This document shows, piece after piece, positions 32,759 through 44,869 of a stretch of 64,000 nt of DNA. Location: contig CAWCRS010000007.1 of NCBI GenBank assembly GCA_963798085.1, forward strand, positions 1,408,001-1,472,000, written 5' to 3'. The stretch is from an uncultured Gemmatimonadales bacterium. Its GTDB lineage: Bacteria; Gemmatimonadota; Gemmatimonadetes; Longimicrobiales; RSA9. Numbering within the stretch: the stretch's first letter is position 1; each line of letters opens with the position of its first letter. Position numbers and translations under genes: made by a program. The notes under the pieces were generated by a model that did no database searches, was not told the DNA's origin, and saw nothing but the letters and a program-made list of their open reading frames with translations.

Positions 32759-34053
32759 GCCCGCGCGCCGCTCTGCCCGGCCCGCGACAATGGATCGGCG
32801 AGGCGGAGGCGGCGTGGCCCTCGCCTGAGCGGATCGAACCCGGACAGAGCATCGTCGCCTGCTATGCTGTGCTGGCAGTCCACGCCGCCCGTGCCGCGGC
32901 GGGCGATTTCCTGCTCACGCTGGAGCTGAGCGAGGCACGCGGTCGCGTGACCGGCCAGCTCATCACGTCGGAGGCGCCGCCCGACTGGCTGCGTGATGGC
33001 GTGTATGTGGGTGTGCGTGCGACGGCCGAGTCCGGGCCCGACGGAATCCGGCTGGCAATCGAGGAAGTGTCGCCACTGCAGGTGGCGCTCGAGGAGCTGG
33101 CGCTGTTCCTGCCGCGCTCACCCGCCAGCCTGGAAGCGCTCGAGCACGAACTGCAGATGCTCATCGGCGCCGTCCGCGATGTCGGGCTGGCGCAGGTGCT
33201 GTCGCTGCTGCTCGCGGCCGACAGCGAGACCGGGCGCGGCTTCCGGCTGGCGCCCGCGGCCACGCGCAACCACCACGCCTACCTCGGCGGCCTGCTCGAA
33301 CACACGGTTAGTGTAGCCCGCCTGGCAATGGCCGCCGGCGCGCAGTACGGCGCTGCCGTGGATCACGACCTGCTGCTCAGCGGCGCACTGCTGCACGACA
33401 TCGGCAAGGTGCGCGAGATCGGCGCCCAGGCGGGCTTTCCCTACACGGATGAGGGGCGGCTGCTGGGCCACATCCTGCTGGGGCTGCAGATGGTGCGCGA
33501 GGCGGCCGCGCAGACCGGCCTCGACGCCGAACGCCTGCTGCTGCTCGAGCACCTCGTCGCCAGCCATCAGGGTCGCTACGAGTGGCAGAGCCCGCGCGAG
33601 CCGCGCACGCTGGAAGCGCTCATCCTGCATTACGTCGATGACCTCGATGCCAAGGTCAACCAGGCGCTGCGCGTGCTGCACACCGTCGAGCGCGGCTGGA
33701 CCGACTACGACCGCGGGTTCGGTCGCGAGCTGCTGCGCCACGTGCGCCCGCCCGCAGCCGGGCCGGAGCGCATCGCCGGTGCTGAAGCGGCGGCGGACGC
33801 ATCGTCGCCCGCGCCATCGTCCAGAGAACACAGGGAGAAAGGTTCCGGCCGGACACGCGACGGCCGGCGCCGGACAAAGGCGCAGGGTCGGCGCAAAGCG
33901 AAACGGGGAAAGAAGCGCGGCTCCGCGGTGCGTGGCAGGCAGGGATCCGGCACGCGCATGACGCCGGAGCGTGCGCAGCGGGACGGCGGGTCGGCATTGC
34001 CGGGCCACCCCGGCTTCATCGACCGCGATACCCTCGACCTGTTCGCGAGCTGA
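32755..34053 (+). CDS. yhaM: YhaM-family 3'-5' exoribonuclease (OB + HD) with basic C-terminal tail
   Basis: APAA..NHHA..GGLLEHT, LHDIGK, GHI, SHQG, D.LDAK. Confidence 0.8.
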   Translation: MSPRAALPGPRQWIGEAEAAWPSPERIEPGQSIVACYAVLAVHAARAAAGDFLLTLELSEARGRVTGQLITSEAPPDWLRDGVYVGVRATAESGPDGIRLAIEEVSPLQVALEELALFLPRSPASLEALEHELQMLIGAVRDVGLAQVLSLLLAADSETGRGFRLAPAATRNHHAYLGGLLEHTVSVARLAMAAGAQYGAAVDHDLLLSGALLHDIGKVREIGAQAGFPYTDEGRLLGHILLGLQMVREAAAQTGLDAERLLLLEHLVASHQGRYEWQSPREPRTLEALILHYVDDLDAKVNQALRVLHTVERGWTDYDRGFGRELLRHVRPPAAGPERIAGAEAAADASSPAPSSREHREKGSGRTRDGRRRTKAQGRRKAKRGKKRGSAVRGRQGSGTRMTPERAQRDGGSALPGHPGFIDRDTLDLFAS

Positions 34054-34066
34054 GACGCAATGCGAA

Positions 34067-34101
34067 AGGCCCCGCGCTCCGACTCGCGAAGCGCGGGGCC
34101 C
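34067..34101. terminator. Hairpin between convergent yhaM and rpsT
   Basis: GGCCCCGCGCT / AGCGCGGGGCC stem. Confidence 0.6.
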
Positions 34102-34121
34102 CTTGCCGGCGAAGCCGCGTT

Positions 34122-34379
34122 TCAGACGCTGAGCTTCGCCACGTGCCGCGCCAGCTGCGACTTCTTGCGCGCGGCCTTGTTGCGGTGGATGTGATCACGC
34201 GTGGCCAGGCGGTCCAGCACGACGTACGCTTCACGCAGCGCCGTGTCGCCCGAGGCCGCGTCCGTCGCCGTCATCACCCGCTTGACTGCACTCTTGATGC
34301 GCGACCGCTGCGTGCGATTGTGCGCGCGCCGCCGCCGATCCTGCCGCATCTTCTTCTGTGCACTGCGCGTGTTCGCCAA
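34122..34379 (-). CDS. rpsT: 30S ribosomal protein S20
   Basis: ANTRSAQK, IHRNKAARKKS; TTG start with GGAGG RBS. Confidence 0.95.
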   Translation of the reverse strand: MANTRSAQKKMRQDRRRRAHNRTQRSRIKSAVKRVMTATDAASGDTALREAYVVLDRLATRDHIHRNKAARKKSQLARHVAKLSV

Positions 34380-34515
34380 GAACTGCCTCCACACGTCGTT
34401 ACGTAATCGGGAAACGACCCGCGGAAGCTACCGGCGCAAGGGGGTGTCTGTCAACCTGGCGTGACCCGCTTCGGGGTGGCGTCGCTTCGGGCTCCGTCGT
34501 TACCTTGACGCGACC

Positions 34516-35163
34516 ATGGATGTCCTCGTTCTGGTTCCGGTCCTGCTCTTCTCCTTCGTGGCGCACGAGTTCGCGCACGCATGGGTAGCCTTGAAGCAGG
34601 GCGATCCCACGGCGTACGAGCTGGGACGCGTCACGCTGAACCCGCTGCCGCACATCGATCTGTTCGGCACCATTCTCGTGCCGGCCATGTTGATTGCGTC
34701 CGGCTCCGGCATGCTCATCGGCTGGGCCAAGCCGGTCCCCGTCATATCGCGCAATTTCCGCAACTTCCGGCGAGGCGACATCCTGGTGTCGCTGGCCGGC
34801 GTCACCGCCAACTTCCTGATTGCGGTGAGCTGCACGCTGCTCATGATCCTGCTCGCGTATGCGGAGCGGCTGTTGCCGGGCACGGTTGCCTGGGCGCATC
34901 CGGTCGAGCGCATGCTGAGCGCCGGCATCTCGCTCAACTTCCTGCTCGTGGTCTTCAACCTGCTGCCGCTGCCGCCTCTCGATGGGTCACGACTGATCTA
35001 CCACTTTCTGCCGCCGGCGGCAGGCGTCTGGTATCGACGCTTCGAGCGCTACGGCCTGCTGATCTTCATTCTGCTGCTCATGACCGGCACCATCTCGGTG
35101 CTGCTCTGGCCGGCGGGAGAACTGGAGCGGCTGTCGTGGGCGCTGATCCACTGGTCCACGTAG
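34516..35163 (+). CDS. Site-2 protease (M50) family
   Basis: HEFAH, WAKPVP, FNLLPLPPLDG. Confidence 0.93.
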   Translation: MDVLVLVPVLLFSFVAHEFAHAWVALKQGDPTAYELGRVTLNPLPHIDLFGTILVPAMLIASGSGMLIGWAKPVPVISRNFRNFRRGDILVSLAGVTANFLIAVSCTLLMILLAYAERLLPGTVAWAHPVERMLSAGISLNFLLVVFNLLPLPPLDGSRLIYHFLPPAAGVWYRRFERYGLLIFILLLMTGTISVLLWPAGELERLSWALIHWST

Positions 35164-35192
35164 CACCGGCACGAGACGCCGACGGCGCCTTC

Positions 35193-35924
35193 GTGGTCGA
35201 GCTGGATCGCTTCACCGGTCCGCTCGACCTTCTGCTGCATCTGATCCGCGAGCAGGACATCGACATCTTCGATATCCCGATCGCGCAGATCACGGCGCAG
35301 TTCCTGGCGGTGATCGAAGGTGTCGAGCAGCTGGGGCTGGACCGCGCGGGTGAGTTCCTCGAGATGGCCGCTTTGCTGGTGCGCATCAAGGCGCAGATGG
35401 TTCTGCCGCGGCGCACTGAAGAAGGCGAAGCCATTGAGGATCCGCGCGCGGAGCTGGTGCGGCGCCTGCTCGAGTACGAGCATTTCCGCGAGGCCGCGCT
35501 GTGTCTCGAGGAAGCCGAGTCGGCACGCCGCCGGCAGTTCCGGCGAGGCTGGGTGCCGCCTCGCCACGCGCCGCCGCCGGCGCCCGTCGCGCTGGAGCTG
35601 AGCTGGGCGGAACTGTTCGATGCCGCGCTCGTCGTCGGCGATCGAGCGAGGCCTCGCCTCGAACATCACGTGCGACCGCGCGCGGTCGCGCTGGAAGACA
35701 AGATCGGGCTGATCGTGCAGGTGTTGAAGCGACTGCCGCGCGTCGAGTTCGCGCGTCTGATCCGCCCCTTCGCCGACCGACTGCACGGTGTCATCACTCT
35801 GCTGGCCGGACTGGAACTGGCCAGGCGGCGCGAACTGGCCATGCGACAGAGCGAGCCCTTCGCGCCCCTGTGGCTCTACCGCGGGAAGGACGCATCATCG
35901 GATGAGGTTGACGCAGATCGTTGA
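35193..35924 (+). CDS. scpA: Segregation and condensation protein A (start uncertain)
   Basis: FTGPLDLLLHLI, DPRAELVRRLLEY. Confidence 0.9.
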   Translation: MVELDRFTGPLDLLLHLIREQDIDIFDIPIAQITAQFLAVIEGVEQLGLDRAGEFLEMAALLVRIKAQMVLPRRTEEGEAIEDPRAELVRRLLEYEHFREAALCLEEAESARRRQFRRGWVPPRHAPPPAPVALELSWAELFDAALVVGDRARPRLEHHVRPRAVALEDKIGLIVQVLKRLPRVEFARLIRPFADRLHGVITLLAGLELARRRELAMRQSEPFAPLWLYRGKDASSDEVDADR

Positions 35925-36648
35925 GGCGCTGCTGTTCGCGAGCGATGCGCCGCTCAGTGCGGCGGACCTCGCGCGCGTGGATGAGCGTCTCGACGAAGAC
36001 ACGGTTGCGGCCGTGATCGAGGAATTGCGCGCCAGTTACGACAGGGAAGAGCGCGCGTTCTCCATCTATGAAGTGGCGGGCGGCTACCAACTGCTGACGC
36101 GCCCGGACTTCGAGGCGGTGCTCGACCGGTACCAGACTGTACCACAGAGCGGTCGACTGTCGATGCCGGCACTCGAAGTACTCGCCATCATTGCGTTCCG
36201 GCAGCCACTCGGACGCAGCGAAGTCGAAGAGATTCGCGGCGTGCAGTCGAGCGCCGTGCTGCGCACGCTGCAGGAACGGGAGCTGATCGAGCCGGTAGCG
36301 CGCGGCGAAGGCCTGGGCCGGCCCATGCTCTACGCCACCACGAATCGATTCCTCGAGCATTTCGGTTTTCGCTCGCTGGAGGATCTGCCCAGACCGGATG
36401 AGCTTCCCGTCGTTCTGCGTGCGGTGCCACCCGCCGCGGCCGCACTCGCGTTCGCACCGCCCGAGCCGGACGAGCCATCGCCGCTGTCCGAGACCGCGGA
36501 AATCGAGGCGGAGGCGCTGCACCTGCACCTGGCGCCGGCAAGGGAAGACGGCGAGGTGCACGATTGGCCGGTCGAAGACGTGGTTGAATCGATCGTGGCC
36601 ACGGGCGGTGACGCGGGCGACCTGGCCGATGAAGACTCGCCAGCCTGA
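35902..36648 (+). CDS. scpB: Segregation and condensation protein B
   Basis: VEALLFAS, VAGGYQL, LEVLAIIAFRQP, FLEHFG. Confidence 0.93.
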   Translation: MRLTQIVEALLFASDAPLSAADLARVDERLDEDTVAAVIEELRASYDREERAFSIYEVAGGYQLLTRPDFEAVLDRYQTVPQSGRLSMPALEVLAIIAFRQPLGRSEVEEIRGVQSSAVLRTLQERELIEPVARGEGLGRPMLYATTNRFLEHFGFRSLEDLPRPDELPVVLRAVPPAAAALAFAPPEPDEPSPLSETAEIEAEALHLHLAPAREDGEVHDWPVEDVVESIVATGGDAGDLADEDSPA

Positions 36649-37442
36649 TGGCCGCGCTGGTCCGTCTGCAGAAGCATCTGGCACGCGCCGGCATTGCTTC
36701 GCGGCGTGCCTCGGAGGCGGTCATCCTCGCGGGCCGCGTCCGCGTCAATGGCCAGGTGGTGCGTGAGCTGGGCACACGCGTCGATCCCGACCATGATGTC
36801 GTGGAAGTCGATGGCCGCCGGCTCGCTGTCCGCCCCGCGCTCTGGATCGCATTGCACAAGCCGCGCGGCTACGTCTGCACGCGCCGCGACCCGCAGCACC
36901 GGCCGACCGTATACTCGCTGCTCCCGCCGGAACACCACGACCTGTTCACGGTGGGCCGGCTGGACGCGGACAGTGAAGGCCTGCTCCTGCTCACGAATGA
37001 AGGCGATGCCGCACATCAGCTCCTGCACCCGCGCTTCGCTGTCGAGCGCGTGTACCTGGCGCAGGTGCAGGGCTCACCCGGCCCGGCTGTGTTGCAGCAG
37101 TTGACCCGCGGCATTCCTCTGGACGACGGCGAGGCGCGCGCACTCTCGGCGCAGCGCGTCAACGGGCGGGGTGGCGAGCGCATCCGCATCGTGCTGGCAG
37201 AAGGACGCAAGCGTGAGGTGCGGCGCATGCTCGAGGCCGTGGGCCATCCCGTGCGCAGACTGCGTCGCATACGCTACGGCCCCATCACGCTGGGCGCGCT
37301 GCCCGCCGGCCGGTGGCGAGCGCTGCGCGCAGACGAGGTCGCGGCGCTGCCTCGACCGAGGACGGATTCGCCGCCCCCGGCGGCAGCCCCTGACGACACA
37401 ACGCGCCCGCAACACGGCATTCCCCGCAACAAGGCAACCTGA
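36648..37442 (+). CDS. rluB: 23S rRNA pseudouridine synthase (RsuA/RluB family)
   Basis: S4 domain RLQKHLA, KPRG, VGRLD..SEGLLLLTN, EGRKREVRRM. Confidence 0.85.
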   Translation: MAALVRLQKHLARAGIASRRASEAVILAGRVRVNGQVVRELGTRVDPDHDVVEVDGRRLAVRPALWIALHKPRGYVCTRRDPQHRPTVYSLLPPEHHDLFTVGRLDADSEGLLLLTNEGDAAHQLLHPRFAVERVYLAQVQGSPGPAVLQQLTRGIPLDDGEARALSAQRVNGRGGERIRIVLAEGRKREVRRMLEAVGHPVRRLRRIRYGPITLGALPAGRWRALRADEVAALPRPRTDSPPPAAAPDDTTRPQHGIPRNKAT

Positions 37443-37445
37443 CGC

Positions 37446-39098
37446 ATGGACATTGGCGGCAAGAACGTCCTGCTCCTGGGTGGGTCGGGACTGGTGGGGA
37501 TGGCGGTGGCGAGGGAGCTGATGCCGCACGTGCCCGCCATGCTCGTCATCTGCGGACTCACGCGCGATGAAGCCGAAACGGCCGCCGCCGAGCTGCGCGC
37601 GGAGCGTGCACTGCAGCCCGGCACCCGCGTCGAGGCGGAATGGGGCGACGTGCTGCTCCTCGAGTCCATGCGCGAGATGCGACGCAGCGACGTCGTGGCC
37701 GACCCCGCGCTGCGTGCCCGTCTGCTCGATGACCTGTTCGGCGAGATGAACGACGACGTGCTGCGCCGCTCCGCACTGGGCGCGCTGCTGCTGCGCCGCC
37801 GTCCCGACATCCTGATCGACTGCATCAACACCGCCACCGTCTTCGCCTACCAGAACATCTTCGAAGGTGCGCGCCAGCTGCGCGCGCGCGCCGCGGAATC
37901 GGGCGCAACGCTCGATGATGTGGAGCGCCTGCTGTCGACGATGTACACACCACAGCTGATCCGTCACGTGCAGATCGCACTGGAAGGGATGCGGCGCGCG
38001 GGCACGGGCTTCTATCTGAAGGTGGGCACGTCGGGAACCGGTGGCATGGGCCTCAACGTGCCGTTCACACATTCGGAGGAACGGCCCAGCCGCATGCTGC
38101 TGGCCAAGGCGGGCGTGGCCGGTGCGCACACACTGCTGCTCTACCTCATGGCGAGGACGCCGGACGCGCCCACGGTGAAGGAAGTGAAGCCCACGGCGGC
38201 CGTGAGCTGGAAGCGCATTGCCTACGGCGAAGTGCGCCGCGGCGGGCGCCCTATCGCGTGCTGGGATGCGCAGGCGCCGGTCGACCTTAACAGCGCGTTT
38301 GACGGCGCCGCCAGCTATGCCCCCACCGGAGAGGTGCTGCGCGGCGTGTACCTGGATGCAGGCGAGAACGGCCTGTTCAGCCTGCCCGAGTTCGAGACGC
38401 TCACCGCGCTCGGACTCATGGAGTACATCACACCGGAGGAGATCGCGCAGGATGTGGTGCGCGAAATCCGCGGCCAGCCCACAGGCCACGATGTGGTAGC
38501 CGCGCTGGATGCATCGACCTCGGGCCCGACGTACCGTGCCGGCGTGCTGCGCGAAGTGGCGCTGCAGCGCATGGCGGCGCTGGAGCAGGCCCACGGCGTG
38601 GAAAGCGTCGCCTATGAGATGCTGGGCCCGCCCCGCCTCTCCAAGCTGCTCTTCGAAGCGGCGATCCTCGGCCGGCTGTTCAGCGGCCTGAGCGAAGTGG
38701 CGGTGCTGGATGCGCAAGCAACCGCAGTGCGCGCCGATGCGCTGGTGCAGAGCGATGTCGATCTGCGGGTGCGTATCCTCTCGATCGGTCTGCCGATACT
38801 CCTTTCTGACGGGCAGCGGCTGCTGCGCGGGCCTGAGGTGAAAGTCACGCCGGCCGCCAATCAGCCGGCCACCGATCCGAAACTCCCCGACAATGGCTGG
38901 GTGGACCTAAGGTCCTCGAACTGGCGTAGATGGTGCACGCGCGCCGGTGACATCATCCGCGAGCGTCACGCGCACGCGGGACCCGAAGCGGGTTCGCGCA
39001 GCGAGCTGGAAACCGGCGACGGTGAGGGCATCCGGCCGGGTCGCCTGGCAGCCTGGGTTTTCCGCCGCGAGGACCGCGGAGCCCGGGTCAAGCGGTAG
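37446..39098 (+). CDS. Uncharacterised protein with N-terminal Rossmann motif
   Basis: [18 protein letters not shown]; uninterrupted 550-aa ORF in operon context. Confidence 0.7.
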   Translation: MDIGGKNVLLLGGSGLVGMAVARELMPHVPAMLVICGLTRDEAETAAAELRAERALQPGTRVEAEWGDVLLLESMREMRRSDVVADPALRARLLDDLFGEMNDDVLRRSALGALLLRRRPDILIDCINTATVFAYQNIFEGARQLRARAAESGATLDDVERLLSTMYTPQLIRHVQIALEGMRRAGTGFYLKVGTSGTGGMGLNVPFTHSEERPSRMLLAKAGVAGAHTLLLYLMARTPDAPTVKEVKPTAAVSWKRIAYGEVRRGGRPIACWDAQAPVDLNSAFDGAASYAPTGEVLRGVYLDAGENGLFSLPEFETLTALGLMEYITPEEIAQDVVREIRGQPTGHDVVAALDASTSGPTYRAGVLREVALQRMAALEQAHGVESVAYEMLGPPRLSKLLFEAAILGRLFSGLSEVAVLDAQATAVRADALVQSDVDLRVRILSIGLPILLSDGQRLLRGPEVKVTPAANQPATDPKLPDNGWVDLRSSNWRRWCTRAGDIIRERHAHAGPEAGSRSELETGDGEGIRPGRLAAWVFRREDRGARVKR

Positions 39099-39147
39099 TT
39101 CGGGTGTCAACGGGTTGGGATCCGCAGAACAGAGGGAGGGTCCGGCG

Positions 39148-40132
39148 TTGGAGGAAACGGCCGTCAAGACCGAGATCCAGGCCAGCCGCGACTTGACGCG
39201 GCGCATTACGCGCGAGCTGCACAAGCGCGTGGTGGGGCAGGACGAGCTGATCGAGCGCATCCTCATCGGGCTGCTCACAGGGGGTCACGTGCTGCTCGAG
39301 GGTGTGCCCGGGCTGGCGAAGACCCTGACCGTGCGTTCGCTGGCCGAGACCATCGACGCGGCCTTCGAGCGTATCCAGTTCACGCCTGACCTGCTGCCCG
39401 CCGATGTGGTGGGCACCATGATCTACAATCAGCGAACCGGCGAGTTCGCAGCCCGCAAGGGTCCGATTTTCGCTAATATCGTGTTGGCGGACGAGATCAA
39501 CCGCGCCCCGCCCAAGGTGCAGTCGGCCCTGCTCGAAGCCATGCAGGAGCACCAGGTGACGATCGGCGGGCAGACGTTCCCGCTGCCCTCCCCCTTCCTC
39601 GTGCTGGCCACGCAGAATCCGATCGAGCAGGAAGGCACCTATCCGCTGCCTGAAGCACAGGTCGACCGCTTCATGCTGAAGCTGCGCGTCACCTACCCGG
39701 ACAAGGCCGCGGAAAAGGAAGTGATGCGGCGCATGGCCGGGCAGCCGCTGGCCGCGCTGGAGCCGGTGGCGACCGCGGCCGAGCTCGAGGCGCGCACGCA
39801 GCGCCATTCACGGGCTCTACCTGGACGAGAAGATCGAGGACTACATCCTGGAACTGGTGCATGCTACGCGCGATCCGCTGGCGCACGGCATGCCCGATCT
39901 CGTCCCGCTCATTGAGTTCGGCGCCTCGCCGCGTGCCACCATCTACCTGGCGACCTGTGCGCGGGCGCACGCCTTCCTGCGCGGCCGCGGCTACGTTCTG
40001 CCGGAAGATGTGAAAGCGATCGGCCCGGACGTGCTGCGCCATCGCATCATCACGAGCTTCGAGGCAGACGCCGAAGAGATCACCTCGGACGACGTGGTGG
40101 AGCGGGTCTTCGCCGCGATTCCGGTGCCCTGA
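39148..40132 (+). CDS. moxR: MoxR AAA+ ATPase (frameshift near 39792)
   Basis: [41 protein letters not shown]. Confidence 0.93.
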
Positions 40133-40134
40133 CC

Positions 40135-41147
<1,013 letters not shown>

Positions 41148-41151
<4 letters not shown>

Positions 41152-42131
41152 GGCGAACCGCGGCTTTCCCGGTCCTGCTGACACTGCTGTTCGCGGCGCA
41201 GAACGCTGCGGCGCAGCAGGCAAGGACGAAGCTGGTCCCGGACTCGGTCACGGTGGGCGATGTCTTCCGTGCCACAGTGCGGGTGGCTGCTCCCGTGGGC
41301 GCGCGCGTCGTCTTCCCGGACACGCTGGAGGTGCCGGAAAACGTGGAGGCGACGGCGCGGCGTGAGGTGACCGTCGACAGCAGCCGTGCCGGTGTGCGCA
41401 CGTACATCGCGAGCTTCCCGCTGGCCGCGTGGAAACCGGGCTCGGTGCAGCTGCCCACCGCCACCGTGCGCATCGAGCTGCCGGATGGCGGACGCACCGT
41501 GGAGGTCGAGGCCGATTTCCCCCGCCTGCGCGTGCACTCCGTGCTGCCCGTGGATACCGCGGGCATCCAGCCGCGGCCGCCAAAGGATGTGCTCGGGCCT
41601 AGCCGTCTGTTATGGCCCGCCGCGGTGGGACTCGGACTGCTGGCGGCGTTGCTCGGCTCTCGCGGTCTGGCTCTATCGCCGGCGCCGGCCGAAACCGGCA
41701 CTCGTGGTTGCGCCGCTGCTGCCGCTGGACGCGGCGCTGGCGGAACTGGATCGCATCCGCCGGCTGGGCCTGCTCGAGTCGGGCGAAGTGAAGGCCTTCT
41801 ATTCCGCGGTGACACGCGTGCTGCGCGCAGTACGCAGCCGTGCTCGAAGGCAGCTGGAGCACGGACCTGACGACGGGCGAGCTGCAGGCCATCAGGCGTG
41901 GCGGCTGACGGCACGCACACACGCGGCGCCCGTGTCCGCCGAGACGGTCGCAGCGGCAGAAGCGGACATTCGCTCGCTGATCGCGTTGCTCGCGCGTGCC
42001 GACCTCGTGAAGTTCGCGGGGAAACGGCCGGCCTGAGCCGAGGGCCAGCGGCTCTGGAGCGACGCGCGCGGCTGGGTGACGACTTTCGCCTGGCCCAACC
42101 CGCGATCGAGCCGCAGGAGGCCGCTGCATGA
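41148..42131 (+). CDS. Bat-cluster membrane protein (several frameshifts)
   Basis: Signal peptide, Ig-like region, TM, then ALAEL and ADLVKFA motifs in other frames. Confidence 0.6.
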
Positions 42132-43117
42132 CACTCGGCTTCGCGAATCCGTGGGCGCTGCTGCTGCTGCTGCTGGTGCCGCTGTGGATCTTCTGGGCGA
42201 AGCGACATCCGGGATCCCTCGTGTTCTCACGCGCCGGCACGCTGCGCCGCGTGGCCGGCGCCGCGGCCGCACGGCTCGCGCGCATGCCCGCATGGCTGCG
42301 CGGTACCGCGCTGGTCGCGCTCATCGTCGCCATGGCGGCGCCGCGCACGGGCGCGTCCGTCGTCGATATCAATGCGGAGGGCATCGCGATCGTCATGGTG
42401 CTGGATATTTCCAGTTCCATGCTGGCGGAGGACTTCGCGCCGCGGAACCGGCTGACCGTGGCCAAGCAGAAGATGGCCGACTTCGTGCGCGGCCGGCAGT
42501 ACGATCGCATCGGCCTGGTGGCGTTCGCGGGTGAAGCCCTCACGCAGGTGCCCATAACAATCGATTATCCGGTCATCTATCAGGCACTGGACCAGCTCCA
42601 GCCGGGCGGGCAGTATCTCGAGGATGGCACCGCGATCGGGACCGCCATCGCCACGGCCGCGAACCGGCTGCGGCGGGCACCCGGCGAATCGCGTGTCATG
42701 ATCCTCATGACCGACGGCGAGAACAACCGCGGCGAGATCGATCCGCTGACCGCCGCACAGGCGGCCGCCGCCTACGGCATCAAGGTGTACACCATCGGCG
42801 TGGGCACGGAGGGCATGGCGCCCATACCGGTGGCCGTGACGCCCTTCGGTCTGCAGTACGCCACGCTGCAGGTGCACATTGATGAGCAACTGCTCACCGA
42901 GATCGCGCATCTCACGGGCGGCCGCTATTTCCGCGCCACGAACGAGATGGCGCTGGACAGCATCTACCACCAGATCAACCGGCTGGAGAAGAGCACGGTG
43001 GACGTGCGGCGCTACACGCAGTATACACCGCGTTATCTGCCTTTCCTGCTGCTCGCCGTGCTGGCGCTGGCCGGGGAATGGTCGCTGCGCGCCAGCCCGC
43101 TGGGTAGGGTGCCATGA
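42128..43117 (+). CDS. batA: vWA domain protein BatA
   Basis: FANPW, MIDAS DISSS, GTAIG, TDGENN, GGRYFRA. Confidence 0.88.
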   Translation: MTLGFANPWALLLLLLVPLWIFWAKRHPGSLVFSRAGTLRRVAGAAAARLARMPAWLRGTALVALIVAMAAPRTGASVVDINAEGIAIVMVLDISSSMLAEDFAPRNRLTVAKQKMADFVRGRQYDRIGLVAFAGEALTQVPITIDYPVIYQALDQLQPGGQYLEDGTAIGTAIATAANRLRRAPGESRVMILMTDGENNRGEIDPLTAAQAAAAYGIKVYTIGVGTEGMAPIPVAVTPFGLQYATLQVHIDEQLLTEIAHLTGGRYFRATNEMALDSIYHQINRLEKSTVDVRRYTQYTPRYLPFLLLAVLALAGEWSLRASPLGRVP

Positions 43118-44862
43118 GTTTCGCGCGCCCGGAGCTGCTGCTGCTCGCCATTGTCGGGCCGGTGTGCGCGCTGCTGGCCGTGCTGGCGTTCGCGCGCCGC
43201 CGCCGGCGGGTCGCGCAGATGCTGGCCGACAGCGCACTGCTGGAGCGGTTGGGCGGTGCCGAGCTGGTGCGGTTTCCGCGCCTGCGCCTGCTCCTGCTCA
43301 TGGCCGCGGCCGCGGCGCTGGGTCTGGCCGCTGCCGGCCCGCGCTGGGGCGTGCGGCAGGTGCAGGGCCGGTCCACGGCCCGTAGTGTCGTGTTAGCACT
43401 GGATGTGTCGAAGTCGATGCTGGCCACCGACGTGAAGCCCAGCCGCCTGGAGCGCGAACGCCTGTTCGTGCGCCGCCTGATGCGGGAAATGCCGAGCGAC
43501 CGGCTGGGTCTCGTCGTCTTCGCGGGACGGGCCTACGTGCTCTCGCCGCTCACTGTGGACCAGAGCGCGCTCAGTCTGTACATCGATGCGCTCGATCCCG
43601 GCATTGTGAGTCAGGGCGGCTCATCCCTGGCTTCGGCCATCATGCAGGCGACAGATCTCGCGCGGGGACCCACCGAGACCGCGGGCGAACGCGCGGTCGT
43701 GCTGGTCACGGATGGCGAAGCGCTCGAGGATGAGAACACCGTGCGCCAGGCGGCAGACCGTGCCGCGCGCGCCGGCGTGACGCTGTTCACCGTGGGTGTC
43801 GGTACACGCATGGGCTCCACCGTGCCCGAGCTCGATGCAACCGGACGCGACATCGGCATGAAACGCGATGAAGCGGGCAATGTTGTGGTCTCCAGGCTGA
43901 ATCCCGATCTGCTGACCGATGTCGCGCGCCGCGCGGGTGGCCGCTACTTCGACCTGGAAGACGCCTCCGCGACCAGCCGTCTCATTGGCGCGCTGGGCTC
44001 GGTTTCCGCTTCCCAGACGAGTGGCGGAAAGCGTCTCGAGCCGCGCGAACAGCAGGCGTGGTTCATTGCCGCCGCGCTGCTGCTCCTGCTGCTCGACACG
44101 CTGCTGGACGCGCGCGGCACCGCGCGCGTGCACCTCGGCGGCATCGGCCGTGCCGGGCAGGTTGCGGCATTGCTCGCGGTGCTGCTGGTCACATCGGCCG
44201 CCGGCTTCGGCGATCTGGAACGCGGCAACCGCTTCTACCGCGCCGGCAAGTTCAAGGAAGCGGTGGAGGCGTACCAGGCGGCATTGCGCGGCGGCACCGA
44301 TTCACCGGAGCTGCGCTACAACCTGGGTACGGCACTGCTGCAGCTGGGACAGTACGCAGAAGCGGAACAGCAATTCCGCGCTGCGCTCAATGCGGTGGAT
44401 CCGGAGCTGCGCGAGCGCACCTTCTACAACCTCGGGAATCGCTTCCTGGGTGCGTCGCGTGCCGAGCCGGGCCCGGACAAGCAGGGTCCGCTTCTGAAAG
44501 GCGCGATCGAGGCATACGAGCGAGCGTTGCGCATCGACCCGCAGGACGTCGAAGCGAAGTGGAATCTGGAGATGGCGCTGCGTGACGAGCGGCAGCGGCA
44601 GCAGCAGCAGCAGTCCCAGGGCGGCGGCGGCCAGCAGCCGCAGAACCCGCAGCCGCAGGGAGGCGGCGGAAGCGGTTCCGGGCAATCGTCGCCTTCGCAG
44701 TCACCGGCTCAGCCCCAACCCTCTGACGGGTCGTCACGACTGCCGCTTACGAAGGAGCAGGCCGACCGCGTGCTCAGCGCGGTAGAGCAGGATGAGCGCG
44801 ACCTGACGCGCGAGAAGCTCCGCAAGGGGCAGCGGCGCACGCCGGTCCGTCGCGACTGGTGA
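43114..44862 (+). CDS. BatB-BatC fusion (vWA + TPR + Gln-rich linker)
   Basis: DVSKS, TDGE, YNLG TPRs, poly-Q, C-terminal RDW. Confidence 0.8.
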   Translation: MSFARPELLLLAIVGPVCALLAVLAFARRRRRVAQMLADSALLERLGGAELVRFPRLRLLLLMAAAAALGLAAAGPRWGVRQVQGRSTARSVVLALDVSKSMLATDVKPSRLERERLFVRRLMREMPSDRLGLVVFAGRAYVLSPLTVDQSALSLYIDALDPGIVSQGGSSLASAIMQATDLARGPTETAGERAVVLVTDGEALEDENTVRQAADRAARAGVTLFTVGVGTRMGSTVPELDATGRDIGMKRDEAGNVVVSRLNPDLLTDVARRAGGRYFDLEDASATSRLIGALGSVSASQTSGGKRLEPREQQAWFIAAALLLLLLDTLLDARGTARVHLGGIGRAGQVAALLAVLLVTSAAGFGDLERGNRFYRAGKFKEAVEAYQAALRGGTDSPELRYNLGTALLQLGQYAEAEQQFRAALNAVDPELRERTFYNLGNRFLGASRAEPGPDKQGPLLKGAIEAYERALRIDPQDVEAKWNLEMALRDERQRQQQQQSQGGGGQQPQNPQPQGGGGSGSGQSSPSQSPAQPQPSDGSSRLPLTKEQADRVLSAVEQDERDLTREKLRKGQRRTPVRRDW

Positions 44863-44869
44863 GGCCTGC

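Noticed and set aside
44588..44612. CAG microsatellite as a phase-variation site
   Set aside because: In-frame poly-Gln linker typical of BatC-like proteins.
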